Shown here in pieces: positions 1 to 13,229 of a stretch of DNA of 64,000 bases; the first letter of the stretch is position 1, and each line of letters starts with the position of its first letter. Location of the stretch: assembly GCA_002633005.1 (NCBI GenBank), contig NMRA01000310.1:458889-522888 (forward strand). The letters are read 5' to 3'. The notes beneath the pieces are model-generated. The model was given only the letters and a program-made list of their open reading frames with translations, had not been told where the DNA came from and made no database searches. This stretch comes from Phoronis australis. Taxonomy: Eukaryota > Animalia > Phoronida. The position numbers were made by a program, and so were the translations under genes.

Positions 1-414
1 TTGGGCCTGGCTGTGCTGTGGACACGGATGAATTCTTTGTCATCTGCACCAATACACTCGGTGGCTGCTATGGTACTAGTGGCCCGTCGTCCATCAATCC
101 AGCCACTAACTTGGTAAGGCGTCTCTGATTTGCATGGCAATTGTGAAATACGGAGAGCCCTGACATGTCTGGCTTCTGTGCGCATTTCACAATCTGTTCC
201 TGTGTGAACCAATCGACAAAAACCTTTCTACTCTGAATTTGCAAAACAAGTTGTTGATAACTGCTACAACTTGCAGTTTCCGTGGAGACAGTTGCATCTC
301 TCAACATTTGGGCTTAAATGGACAGAATTTCTAGCAAATGGATAAAATTTGTGATCAAATCCGTAATTCACGCTTCTCCGTGAGACCGCAACTGGAAATA
401 CACGCTTGAGCATT

Positions 415-512
415 AGTCACTTGCAGGGGTCCCAGATTTTGAGAACCAGTTTGATGCTGGTTATTCATTGGAGGAAACTGGTTCTAAAAATGCAGAACCC
501 CTGTAAGTGACT
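415..512. mobile_element. ~100-bp hairpin MITE, family A (core TTTGAGAACCAGTTT...AAACTGGTTCTCAAA)
   Basis: Near-palindrome AGTCACTTGCAGGGG...CCCCTGTAAGTGACT; related copies at 11632, 31273, 38483, 44477, 53168. Confidence 0.75.
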
Positions 513-744
513 GTTACCCACCTTTGTGTACAGTACCATTATTTCCTTTGCGGTGACAACAGGCCGCTTCCTGTTTTAAAAACCATTTTTGTGTCTTCAT
601 ATCTGCGAATCGGTGGTTACATCCCATACGCAGCAGTTTCACTGAACAGCCATCGGAGAGACGGTGGTTCTCAAAACCCACTTGCACCCCGATTTACATC
701 CTTGTTCAACACTGTGTTTCTAATTCGCTGACTTGCTGTTCCAG

Positions 745-831
745 CCGTACGCCACGTCGTTCCCCTTGCTGAGAGTTGAGGACATGGTACGGGCCCAGTT
801 CCTCTTGCTGGACCACCTTGGCATTGAAAAG
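745..831 (+). CDS. SST/MetX-like exon ([29 protein letters not shown])
   Basis: ccag| ... AAG|gtcagg; 87 nt. Confidence 0.9.
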
Positions 832-3800
832 GTCAGGGGTCATTGTGTTTAGCTACATTGTGACCGAACTGCCACAGTCTTTCTAAATTTCTTCAGTTTA
901 TAGAGTCTAGGTCAATTATTGAACCTCTGTCCAGTTCAAGAATTATACTACAGCAAGTTATTTGTAACCTGTACTTGAATGGTGCAAAACATCCATTAAC
1001 CATGGGTAATAAAAATGTATACAAAATGAAAGCGAGTAAAAGAAATACAAAGAATGAAAGACGTATTATTATTAGTGATTGTTGGAACCTTCTCCATTGC
1101 TTCTAGCGGCAGATCATGGAGGAACATCCAAAAGTGTGCCCTATCAACACCTCAGTTTTACCCCAAAGAGATTTCTGTCTGCAACTTAACTAAGAACCTG
1201 TCTGGGTTAACAGTCAATTGGTAACTCTGAATAAACAATTCTTTGATGTGACATTGTTGACCTCCTGACTGCATTGGTAGGGAAGTTGACTTTCAGTAAG
1301 CACTAATTCTCTTATTTGATTAACTATCGAATTAATCTCTCCAGGGTGTCTCCTCATTCCAGGCTGGGCTGTACAGAAACAAATTTCTTTTCAGTCAGGA
1401 CCATAAACCCTTTGTTGATCTGTGTTTAGTTACACAGTCCAACTGGGACAGTTGTATGACCAAGAGCAGGGGTCACAAAGAACTACTTTCACTGACCTTA
1501 CATGTCAAATTCAAAAGGCCTACTGTGCATGTGTGAATGACAACCATGATTTACAACCCTCCCTAAACCTCTAAGCTGATATGGGGACTAGGTCCAAGGC
1601 CAAAATGTTGGTATTTGTTGGTTGATCACCTGCTCACTTGCGTAGTGTCCAAGAGTGGTGATTGATCGTGGGGTGGATCTTGGCTTTATGTCGATCTTTG
1701 CAGACTGATGTTGTGTAGTTTTAGTGGAATATATTAATGCTGATGGTAAGATAAGATTCTTTATTTAGAGAGGATAAAAACAATGTTAAGCACAGCTTGT
1801 CTACCATGTGGTCCTCTAAAACAATAAACAAGAACAAAGTATACAATATTAATAATTAAAAGTAAATAAAAATAATTTTAGGATGACCTACATACAGATG
1901 AGAAAGACTAAGTACAATGGAATGATTTATAAATATTAAATATTATAATTGTATTTGCAATTTATTAAGTGAGAGATGAGATATGAGGAATTGTTTATTA
2001 CAGAAAATGTAATGTACAACCAGGTTTACTGTCAACATGCGTTCCAGTTTTCTGTCTACTTGTATGGTTATATACTGTCCCCTATAATTCTGTTGCAGCT
2101 CCATGGTTCTGTTGGCTCTTCTCTGGGAGGAATGTGTAGTCTGANCGTCTGCTGTTATGTACCCAGAACGAGTTGGAAGGTAACATATAGCCTCAGAACA
2201 AAAAATCCTTGCTATCCCCTTGAGTACAGTGAACCAAGTATAGCCTATATTGTTGCCACCAGGTTGCGAGACCGTCTTGTCCACGAGTCCTCTTACCTTG
2301 AACTGGGTCTAACCTGAACCGTCTCTAAGTAAGTGATTATCTTCTATTGCACTGCCAAACATGTCAGGGGAAATCGAGGACATTTCATGAGTACAGTCAA
2401 TAGTTTGGAAAAGGTGTAATTTATGAAACTGGGAAGCATAAGAATTTACCAAAAGTAGAAATGTTTGCTTGGCATTGCTTTGATGCCAGATATTACAAGA
2501 CATTGCCACGTCTTTTTATCACAAAATACCACATTTGGTTACTCGTGAAAATGGTCTGACCTGGTTTAAGTGTTAAGATAATATCCAGGTGTTGGCTTAC
2601 GCACTAAATGACCAATAGTGATAAACCGGTGTCCATGACATTCATAGCCAGTTTTTGTTTGACCCGGTTATATCAACTGGTCTATGGCAGTTTGTGATAT
2701 TACACACAGGGTGTTTACAGGTGTTACCGAGACCCTCTCTGATCCGGCTTATTTCATTGCGTAAATCGACCGTTATTCTCTGATGGGGGGCTATATTAGG
2801 GATACAGCACTGGTTCTGTAATATTATCTGTACATTGTACTATAAAAAGAGACACACACAATTTGAGTGTCGTACAATAGTATTGGCTTCAAGTTACTTT
2901 TAAGGTTACATGGGACCTTATTGCCATGTCGGTATTAGTAGCCAAATATTTAAAAAAACAACAGATTTTAACTCATTGAAAGTACATATTTTCTGAAAGC
3001 AGAAAGCCTTTAGAGGTTGATTTTTTCATTTTCACCAGTTTTTCCTTAATTGGGATACGTGACCATGTTTTTTAGTAAATTTAGCAAAACAAGAAAGAGA
3101 CACTGATAGCAAAACAGCGGTTAAATATTTGTTCACCAAATGTCATTTGATATGAATGTGCAATATGTAATTTCAACAATGCGTAATTTTTTAGTTTAGT
3201 TTCCTATTAATTTTTGGTTTTCGTTTGTCCAACATGTCATTTTTATGGAAATTATTATCAGTCCCATTTTTGAGAGCCCCTCTTTCCAAAATTTTGAGAG
3301 GATTTTGGGATGACTGGTGTACTTTTATTGATTGACTGATGCCAAACGAAGTTATGTAACACATGTTATCCTACAGTAGTACAGTACCTTAATACACTGA
3401 TAACCCAGAGAGTTATCTTGAGGGTTAGATAACAGTTTGGTGGGAAAACATAATGGACATGCTGTGATGTTCAGTGGAAAATCACATTTCAGATATCCTG
3501 TGTTGCATGGAGTTGATGGGATGAAGGATGAATATTTTCATTTTCTTGTGCTTTTGTAGAGTATATTGCTTAGTGTGTGTGATAAATAGATAATTAACAA
3601 AATAGATAATTAACAAAATAGATAATTAACAAAATAGATAATTAAGAAAATAGATAATTAAAAAAAAATAGATAATTAACATGTTCTTGACCCTTATTTA
3701 GACCCTTTATTTGATTTTGAAGAATTGTTTTCCGAATCCTGTTCGAGGGTCAACCTCACCGTTAAGTAATCTATATTTATTAGGCATGTACAAGTTAGAA

Positions 3801-6800
3801 TGTGGAAAGGATTCCAAGGCTGTGCCTCTAAATTCCAGCTTCAATTCTCTAAACCCCAATCTCATACCAGCAGACACAGTGACCAAACTCCAGTCTCGGG
3901 GCCTAAACTCCAGTCCTGGGGACCAGATTACTGTCTGGGTTTGGTCACCAATTAAACGGCATTTTCTGTGTTGTAGTTAAGATGTGGGAGTCTGGGGATT
4001 TGTAGTGCAACTTGGGTGACTGCTGATCTAGGACTTGGTTTCTCAGGAATTTAGAGGTGTGGCCATGGAATCGTTTCCACCCCCTGCAGAATATGTCTCC
4101 ATCAAATTGTGTTTTTGAAAACGAAAATTTGGATTGTTCTTCAGACTGATCTCGATCTCGTCGTGTGCCCAGTCTCACCCGTCAAGCATTGCCATGAGAT
4201 ACCTGCAGAGGAAGTGCATCATGACCGATCCAAACTGGAACAAGGGGCACTATTACCAGAGCGCCTACCCGGGGATGGGTATGAAACTTGCTAGGTGAGG
4301 GTAAAGAGTCGCGCACACAAACACAGCACGTGTGCTACATCTAATTGTCGCGTGGCACGATTTCTCAGACAAATGGCAGAGCCTCGTTCTGATGTGATTT
4401 GTGTGTATTTGTAAGATAATGAGTTACTTGTCTGGGTTGCCACCCTTCAGGCGACGAACGGTCAGGTGAAGCGACATCATGCCATATTCTGGCTGGAGTA
4501 TATACCTCTATCTTTGCTGAAGGAGACATGAAATGGTTCTTTTGACTCCTGTACATTTTAATGTCCTTAAAATGATGAAAGCATTTGCACGAACAAAGCG
4601 TTCATGTGGTATACTAATCACTCACCCCTCAAATATTTTGTTTTAAACGTTCATGCTTGGCTTATCGCCCTTTCCATTGATTTTTAGTTTCCCAGCAAGG
4701 CGCTGTATGCTTTAAACCAGGCGAGTGTAGCAGTACACGTAATCAACCAAAAAGGCTACTGCGAATTCTTGCCAAATCAAGACACAGTATGCCCGAAAAG
4801 CGGAATTTTGTTTGATCATTTTGTCCATGAAACAAATGCAGCACCAAAATTATGTGTTGTTCCATATTTAAGCTTTGCACGACAGCTCCCATTGGACAAA
4901 ATTTTGAAAATTAATGGCCTATCACCGGAATTTTAGAAGTGCTTAAAAATGAAGAAGGGCAGTTTTGATATTTAAGTTTGTCTGAAGTTTGTGAAATTTC
5001 AATATATCCACTTTAAGTACTCCCAGAGAGCAATCTCCCCAAGGCATTAAAGCTCCCATAATATTTCACTCGCGCTCTCAAGGTAGAATACAGCGCTGTA
5101 TTTCAGCAACTTTTTACAGCATGGTGGATGTACAGCAGGCTCACCTGTGAGGCTGGAGGTTGATTCCCTAGTTGTCTTGAAGACTATGAGTATTGTACTA
5201 TGCCTCAATGTGCCTGGTGTTAGTTCAACGCTCATTGATATAATCACAAGTCTTGAGCATGTCATTTTCACATCTTCAAAGTTATAATGTTAAGTTATCC
5301 ATCCTTCATAACCCAATGCGATATCCTGTCCAAAATGTAATATTGTTAGTGACCCATTTCTGACTTGAAAATTTGACTAAAACCACTGAGTACTAGTACT
5401 AGGGCCTTAATACAAATAACATTCATTGATTTGATTGAATGAGCAGTGCAGGTCGAGCATTTTGGGTCTCAATTATGGAGTACAAAGACAGTGTTACACG
5501 CTTGTATTTCTGACTGCAATTTGGATTATAAATTGTCTTGGAAATAGTATGCTTTAGTTTCATTCTGTGTCAGAAATTNCCCCCCCCCCCCCCCCCCATT
5601 GCACTGGCATAAGCTACCACCAAAGCTAACACCATTGATATTTCCTATTTGCAGAGAGATCGCTACGCTCACCTACCGTAGTGGACCAGAATGGGATGAC
5701 AGATTTGGTCGGCAATACATTGACCCTGATGCCCCAGTGGAGCTGTGTCCAACTTTTCTGATTGAAAGCTATCTCGACCACCAGGGAGAGTCCTTCTGCA
5801 ACAAGTTTGACCCCAACTCCCTGCTCTACATTTCTAAGGTGAGGTTCTATTGCTGAATTTTAATTTTTTTTTCTTTGATAATGGTTGCTTGCGTTCATTA
5901 CTAGCGGATGGGTATTAACGGTTGTTGTCCAACAATTCTTATCGTCTGGTCAAGTTTGTTTCAATCCCCAGTAATTCTAGCTTGCTATCCCCGTCAGGCT
6001 ATGGACCTGTTCGATCTCAGTGAAGGTTATGACTCCTTAAACCACAGCTTGTCATTCGTGAAACAGCCTGTCATGGTGATTGGTGTGCAGACGGACATTC
6101 TCTTCCCCATCTGGCAACAGAGGGAGCTGGCTAAGTTGCTGCAAGATTCAGGTGACCACTGAACATTAATTGAGTGTCACTTGTTAGTTCAAGTACAAAA
6201 GGGAAAAACTAGGTTTTAGAAATTGCAGTAATATTAATTTCAAAAAAGTGTTAATAAAAAGCACCTTGAAAGTTCCAAAGTACAGTATACACCAGACAAA
6301 ATGACCCGGAATTTGCCGTCATGACAGCCAGGCAGAAGCCAAATTCATCGTCAAAGTGATTTTCCCATAACAGGAAAGTTACTAGTAAGGTGGCAAAACA
6401 ATTCTGTAATAATGATTTTGCTCCAGTACTAGTTATTAGTGATTTATGTTTTTATTGCTTACTTTTGTCTTGTACTGTGTGTTGTTGAGGCTACTTTTTA
6501 TTCATGTATTATAGAGTTGCACTAGCTTTGCTGCTCTGCTGTTGAATTATTTCATTCACATTGAAGTCGTTGTTCAATACCATCCATTCGAATACACTCA
6601 CAATAATCAAGTGGGTGTCGGTTGCCATTATCACTGTCTGGCTGGCTCTATCTCTTCTCAAATGCCTTGATTGTTTTTCTTGAAATTTTTATGTTTGGAG
6701 AGAAGACGATATGTGCAACTTTTTTGGGACGGATTTGGCTACTGCTGTGCTCCCTGCTATCCTCGTCTTCCCGTAATAAATCCCTAGTTGTGTCATGAAT

Positions 6801-8660
6801 TTTTGTGAATTTCGGCAGAAATGTTTGTGTTTAGAAGAGGATGACGCCTGCCCATTTTCTAGTGAACTTTGCTTGCAATGAGCCCTCTAGTGGCAGTTTT
6901 AGGAGTATGGTGTCTGTTTTTAGCATCCACCATTCTGAATCGTTTGTTCCTGAGGAGAGCATAACTGTTATTGATGTTCCAACATATGCAAGTACTGTGT
7001 CACCCAGGGCTTGGAATTTTCATCTTTTTTGGTTTCGATTTCCTCAGATTTGATTTTCTGTTATATCTTTTTCGTCTCTTTTTTATCTTGACTTTATTCA
7101 TGCAAAAATGATTATTTCAGTTGGAATTTACATCACAAAAAATATTTCTACAACACAATAAATATTTCTATCGCACAAGCCTATTTATTTGCGGAACGAT
7201 ACATCACCTGGAAATTTTTTTCTCATTTTTGTCATTAGTCTTTCCAAGCCCTGGTGACCTCTAGTGGCAGGTATTGCAAACTGGCCATGATGCAATCTGA
7301 TAAGGATGTCAGGCACTATGAACTGGACATGTCTCCAGTTTGAATAGTCTAGTCCATCAAAGGAGTGAAAAGGTGAAAACAAATGTCTTGATTCGGTTGG
7401 CAACTCTTGGTAATATCAACAGCTAAATGTGTATGGACGGACATAAAGTGGCATATATAGTCCACTAAATTAAGACTTGCAGTTTGCTCAGGAATTTCAG
7501 ATGTTGCAGTAAGGTGGCGCTAGCTGTACAGGGTGGTCTATCATAACACAATTACATTTCTTTGTGTCGGACTCCATGGGTACGGAGCTCGTTGATGAAT
7601 TGATGTGAAGTTTGGAAGGTTTGCTTCTATCGTGTTCCGCGACGGTTTTTCATGAAATTTGACATTCATGTTCTCACTCAGGACGTGACTGTACTTAATT
7701 TTGCTCAGATCAGTGATTAATTTTTTGGGCCCACCTTATCATCCACAAGACCTTGTGCTCGTAATTTTAGGTTTACTACCATTGCTCCCTCTAGTGGAAA
7801 TGTTTGAAATAATGATTACCTCTAGTGTCTTTGCGGTTTTGTGATGTACTCACGGTTGTGTGTGTAAGTGCCCTGCATTGCTGTCATGATACTTCTGTTG
7901 AAGTATGTTTGCATCATGTGATCTGATGTCATTCTGCAGGTAACAAGGCAGTGACCTTTTATGAGCTGAACTCCATGTTTGGGCATGACACGTTCTTGCT
8001 AGATCTGAACGGAGTGGGAGCCGCCGTCAAGGTAAGTTTGCCTGCAACTGCTGCACATTTATAGCGTGATGTTCAAACATCCCTGGTCCATGCTAGGTCA
8101 CTCTAGCCTAGCCCGACACAGGCACATCACTGGGCGTATGGGTAGCCCAATGTGTCCTGAGTACTAGTGGCGTTGAAACCCCCAAAACACTTGGTAGAAT
8201 CTTGCCCAGCTTTTTTCGAGTACCGGTTCAGGTAGAAATCTTTTCACACGTCTTGTATTAATTAGGTCACGTGATGTGGCCACAGGTACAAGGGGGTTGG
8301 AATGATCAATGACAAAAAAGAGGAAACATTTCCAGGTGATGTGTCGTTCCACAAATAAACAGGCTTTTACTATAGAAATATTTTTGCATTGTAAAATTTA
8401 ACTGAAAGAAATGCTTTTGCATGAATGAATTCAAAATAATAATAAAAAGGAGATGAGAAAAGGGGAAACTAGAAGTCAAATAAGAGGAAATCTCTTAAAA
8501 GATGAAGATTCCAAGCCCCGCAGGTGGCAGGCTGACCAGACTCAGAAATATTTGCGAACTTAAATTACATTGTTGTATTTAGGGTTTCCTTGAAACCAAC
8601 ATGGCGGAGACTGGCTGGGTAAGGAAAGAAACCCACAACAAAGATCGTAGATTGTTCTAA
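745..8660 (+). CDS. Serine O-succinyltransferase / homoserine O-acyltransferase (MetX family, fungal Cys2-like), 5'-partial, last 7 coding exons (~274 aa in window)
   Basis: Exons 745-831, 2099-2179, 4145-4294, 5655-5838, 5998-6151, 7940-8031, 8583-8660; all GT-AG with matching phases once the single N at 2145 is removed. Spliced peptide has [13 protein letters not shown], nucleophile elbow [38 protein letters not shown], catalytic Asp in QTDILFP and catalytic His in GHDTFL, all typical of MetX alpha/beta-hydrolase acyltransferases. Confidence 0.9.
1360..1600 (+). repeat. Dispersed repeat, second copy at ~62414-62685
   Basis: Shared AGTCCAACTGGGACAGTTG and colinear flanks. Confidence 0.65.
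2099..2179 (+). CDS. SST/MetX-like exon with catalytic Ser ([26 protein letters not shown])
   Basis: tgcag| ... AG|gtaaca; in frame only if the N at 2145 is an extra base. Confidence 0.85.
3584..3680. repeat. 16-bp minisatellite (AAAATAGATAATTAAC) x~6
   Basis: Directly visible tandem array. Confidence 0.9.
4145..4294 (+). CDS. SST/MetX-like exon ([37 protein letters not shown]...MKLA)
   Basis: ttcag| ... AG|gtgagg; phase 2 to 2. Confidence 0.9.
   Translation, partial: TDLDLVVCPVSPVKHCHEIPAEEVHHDRSKLEQGALLPERLPGDGYETC
5655..5838 (+). CDS. SST/MetX-like exon ([13 protein letters not shown]...[11 protein letters not shown])
   Basis: tgcag| ... AAG|gtgagg. Confidence 0.9.
5998..6151 (+). CDS. 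SST/MetX-like exon with catalytic Asp (AMDLFDL...[15 protein letters not shown])
   Basis: gtcag| ... G|gtgacc. Confidence 0.9.
7005..7253. mobile_element. ~220-250-bp MITE, family B (TIR CAGGGCTTGGAA)
   Basis: CAGGGCTTGGAA...TTCCAAGCCCTG; internal sequence shared with 8290-8520, 28663-28875, 45334-45550. Confidence 0.75.
7940..8031 (+). CDS. SST/MetX-like exon with catalytic His ([15 protein letters not shown])
   Basis: tgcag| ... AAG|gtaagt. Confidence 0.9.
8290..8520. mobile_element. MITE family B copy (reverse)
   Basis: GGGGTTGGAATGATCAATGAC...TTCCAAGCCCC. Confidence 0.65.
8583..8660 (+). CDS. SST/MetX-like terminal coding exon ([25 protein letters not shown])
   Basis: tttag| phase 0; continues ...AAVK-GFLE as in MetX C-termini; TAA at 8658-8660. 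Confidence 0.8.
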   Translation, partial: GFLETNMAETGWVRKETHNKDRRLF

Positions 8661-9423
8661 AGATGGCGCTCTGGACAGACTGACCACCAGGATTGATGAC
8701 AGGACAATGTACAGATTCCTGTGCAGATATTAAACATCATCAGCTGAATATCTATAACCATGTTATAAACGGTGCAGCTACAGCTTAACAGCCGAGGTTC
8801 TCAGTAACAAGGATGCATCCAAGGCCAGAAAAGCATATTTGGTTCTAGTCTGTTTTTCATTGAAAATCTAGTTGATATTGCAGTATGTTTTTTTCAATAA
8901 AGATAATCCACTCGTTGAGAAGAGCAAAATTTTAGGATTCATGGTGCTTACACTTGTTTAATTATGCATCTTTAGGCAGTTTTCAAAATAAAAACAACAA
9001 AACCTTGGCTGAAATTGGTGTAAGCAGACATGTTTTCCTGTAGTTGGTGAGCGCAGGTCTCAAAATGGTTTGGGTTAGGACCAGAGCCAACTTTGTTTTT
9101 CGGCCTAATCGCATGAATTTCATATTATTATAGGACGATGTTTTCTTGAAGTTTGTAAATTAAAGTACTATTGTGGTTACCGTGGTAACATATTTCTGTA
9201 GTGCAATGTTCATTACTGTGTGGCAGCTATATTTTCGTCTGTAAAATGATGCTTCTGTGTGCTTCGATGATTTAGATGGGGGAATTTGTTACTTGTTTAC
9301 TATGGACAACATTGTCAATCTATAGAATTCAGGTGGCTTGGCAACTTTGACGTGATTTGCAACTGATCGTGCTGATAAATTCTCAATGAAAAAAGCTGAT
9401 ACCTCGTTCAATTGTCTATCGGA

Positions 9424-9550
9424 ATTGGAGTGGTATGAAATCAAAGTGAGATGCTGAGACATCTGTTGTTTCCCGCACTCCTGACTATTGGAGTGGCATG
9501 AAATCAGAGTGAGATGCTGAGGTATCTGCAGTTTCCCACACTCTTGACTA
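9424..9550. repeat. 63-bp tandem duplication in the SST-like 3' region
   Basis: ATTGGAGTGG.ATGAAATCA.AGTGAGATGCTGAG at 9424 and 9487. Confidence 0.8.
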
Positions 9551-11631
9551 CGGAAAGGTCGAGGTATGCTCTTAACTTCGTAAGCACCTATATTTTAATA
9601 CATATCACTTCATGTTACTGGGAAATGGTCGTCTTGTCTTCTTTGGGTCGGAATTTCAGTTGATGTATTTTTAAATTTTTTTATTCTGTAAATATAACCC
9701 ATAGAGTAAATGTTGTGAAAATTGTGATGTAAAATATAGAAAAACATTTGGAAGACATTTTCTAACTTTATTGTTAAAATTAGTATGAGCATTGAAGATC
9801 TGTGATAGATGGGTCAATTTTCCTTCAGGGTTCACACTGTGTTGTAGTGTGACAAATAAATTATAGTTATTGGTGATTTTGCCAAGTGGTGCAACACTTT
9901 TTGGCACGTTCAGATTACATACACAGGTATGATTGAGACCTGCATTATATGAGATTGCGACTGTATTATATATTTTGAGACTGACATGTTTGGTTTTGGT
10001 GGAATTTATATAAGATTGTATAAAAATAGACAATATGATATTAATTACATTTATTGTAACCATTGTGAAAGGTTGTGATTGCTCAAGAAAGTGATAAAAA
10101 TTGATGATGATTATGACAGTGATGATGTGTTTGTACAGACATGCGCAGAGAATGTAAAAAGGTATTGATATGTTAATAATAATAATAATAATAACAATAA
10201 ATACAATACTATGCCAAACTTGAGTTCAAATATCCTTACACTAAACAATGTACAGAAGTTTTTCAAAATAAACTCTGGACGGACTGCCAAACTTGGACGA
10301 ACTTTTTATCAGAATTATTGTGACCTTTAGCCGGAATGAAATGGCGTTTTTGTCAAACTTAAAGACAGAATTTAATGTGACATTGGATCTAGTCACTAAC
10401 AGTTTATTTGTCAATGGACGTGCACAGTATGTTGCAACGGTTTACGATTTCGACGAAGTGCATCAAGTAACACATGTTGAGATTTGCCAAAATTGAATCA
10501 GTAGTCAAAAAGAAATGGATAATTATTCAGTCATCGTTTTGTGTGACAAAACTTTCTTTGAATTTTGGCAATGTCAATTGTATTTTGAAAACCACTGTCG
10601 GTATTAAACAGTTATCTAAAAGTGACTCTATTGCCAGGTTAGACTATGTCTCGGACTTTGCTACGTGTACGCAATCGTAGGAGTCTACATGATGAGACAA
10701 GACCAGGCAATAAAGACCAAAAGGACGGACCGAACAGGCTGAACCCCAATAAGATGAGATACAGTACAAAATAGTAAAATGTGTAAAAAGCATTTCAGTT
10801 CACAAAGTAGTAAGTACACATACCCTGACAAATATACCGAGCCACAATACGTTGATACCACTAATAAATCCAAGACAAAGTTGCACGCAAAGTGCAAAAT
10901 GAAAGCTTATATTAATGATACGAAACTTCACGAGTCTAAACCATAGAGCATCATTGATCAAAAGAGAAAATCCTGATATGACACGTTTGATAAAATTTGC
11001 AGTGAATACAGACGGCCACAAAAACACTATGATGAAAAAGTGCGTCAGGGTTCCCTAAGCAAACATCAAGACGTGGTACAAATTGCGCATCAGGTTTTTT
11101 GTGTCTAAAAGCCAGTTCACACTTGGCAATTTGTCTGCAACGCATGTTTGCAGGAAGCTGCAGTTACATTGCAGACATCGCTAGACGTGGACAGACACTT
11201 GAAGTTGCAGTGATGCTCAATGGTCCAGCAATGAGTCTTCTACTGCAACATAGTGTCTACACACTTCAGTACCTCGACTTTTCTAGGGAAGTCGCTGTGG
11301 ACACGCCTTCACTCTTCCTTTCTGACGTTTTTCAGCTATGACTTCAATTACACGTTATTTTCACTAATGGAACATGTCACTATCATTTTTACAAAAGATG
11401 TAAAGAGACCTGCACCCTGTGAGTGAGTTGAGGATACGCCCATCAGAATGCATGTAATTTTAAAGTCTGTGGCTGTTATAAGTTGAATGACAATTGAACA
11501 CTACCAAGGGTTATTTATACCCATTTTCTACAATATTTTCAATTAATGGAAAATTGTGAAGAAAATTAATAACATTGTGTAGATAGTAATAACGTTTAAA
11601 CATTCACCTCGCAATAATACTTAAAATATGT

Positions 11632-11737
11632 CAATAGTCTGATATAACGTGCCCGTATTTTGAGAACCAGCTTGATGCCTGTTATTAAGTGGAGAAAACT
11701 GGTCCTCAAAATTCGGGCACGTTATATCAGACCATTG
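11632..11737. mobile_element. MITE family A core with different outer arms
   Basis: Same core flanked by TCTGATATAACGTGCCCG / CGGGCACGTTATATCAGA. Confidence 0.7.
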
Positions 11738-13229
11738 CCCAAAATATGGCAACAGTGGAAAAAACCTACAAGATGCCAAAATGGTCATTTTGAAGAGATT
11801 CTATCTAGTCTTTGGTCTTGTAACAAAGAAATGACCACCGGCTAACAATAGGTCAGCTACTCAGCTATTCAAAGCCAATACTGAATTACATGCAAAATGT
11901 CCAACCCTACACTTACTGCATAAAAACCTTGTAAGTTTGCCAAGACTGAACAGCAGGCAAACTGGCCAATCCAGCACCCTAATGCATAAAACCTCGCAAA
12001 ATCGTGACAACAGTAACCCTCATCTAGAAGAAGTGAAGTTCACGACGAATGACAAGGTTCAGTCCAAACAAATAACACCTAGTGTGTAATCGTATTTGTA
12101 CACAGGATTCAAATACTCGGTACAACTAACACCGGCAAAATGAATAACAAAAATAGTTAAAAAAAAAGTCTCTGAACAAGTACAAAGTAAACACAGGCAA
12201 ATATGATGTTATTTTTGGTAACAAATAATTAAGCATTAACAAAAACAATGACTTATATAATAAGGAGATCTACGAGAAATGCAGTAAAATACATAACAGC
12301 TTAACTTTGAGCAGAGCAGGTCTTCCTGCCCAAGAATAACAGATAAGTGTTAAGCTGGGGCCCTGTACTATCCTTTGCCATTAGCTTGTGTGCCTTCCAT
12401 TGTATTGCTTGTCATACTAAGTATTCACATACAAGTCAACGCATTCCTGGTACTTGTATGAACTCCCTGGAACACACCTTTTGCCTGAATTTTGCCAATC
12501 AAAACCTTACCAGAGATAGCTGCGATGCCCAAATGAACCAAAGTACAGCATCTGGTGCCAATGAACACAGACAGTCATGTGGTAAATGTAGTCAACAGCA
12601 TTATTTGCAGAAATGTCAACATTTTTCCCACAAATATCTTGTTCCCCACGCCATTTATGAAATATGCCTCTTCCAAAAAGTCCATGGTGTGATTTCAGAG
12701 ACGATGCCAAAAGTGAACCACCTAGTCGTTTTCGACACTCCTACTGCACCAGTTTTTATGAGCCAGATTTGAAACCAAGAGCTCTCACTGAGACTTTCAC
12801 AAACAGAAACAGGAAACACAGCGGAGTTGTTATTTGGAACACGCCTTTTAACAACACATCTGGGACTGCGAATTCTTGTGAAGGTCACGTGCTCAGAACA
12901 AAGGACGATTATTTCCAAATCCAGGTGTGTCGTAGCACATGTCCTTATTTCTTTGAAAAGTGTAGCTTGGAAAAAGTGCAAGCGTTGGTGACTCCATTTT
13001 CTGTTTTGGGACACACCCTGATGTAAAGCTCGCTGTTTGGACACATTCCGACCTAATATTTTCCTCATTGTTAGGGCACGATGTAGACGTAGTGTTTCAC
13101 ACAGTCCGAACTCAGTCAGGAAGTGTACTGCACTGAACGTAGACACCAGTTGAAAGTTGTATTTGGAACTACTAGGACTCGAGAGAGTTGCGAAGTCATG
13201 TCCCTCCCTCACAAACACTTCCTGGTAGC

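Noticed and set aside
745-8660. Bacterial contamination or recent HGT of metX
   Set aside because: Six spliceosomal introns containing host MITEs, and contiguity with animal genes.
12347-13218. Overlapping 120-187-aa ORFs between the two convergent genes
   Set aside because: No recognisable motifs or splice structure; probably 3'UTR or intergenic.
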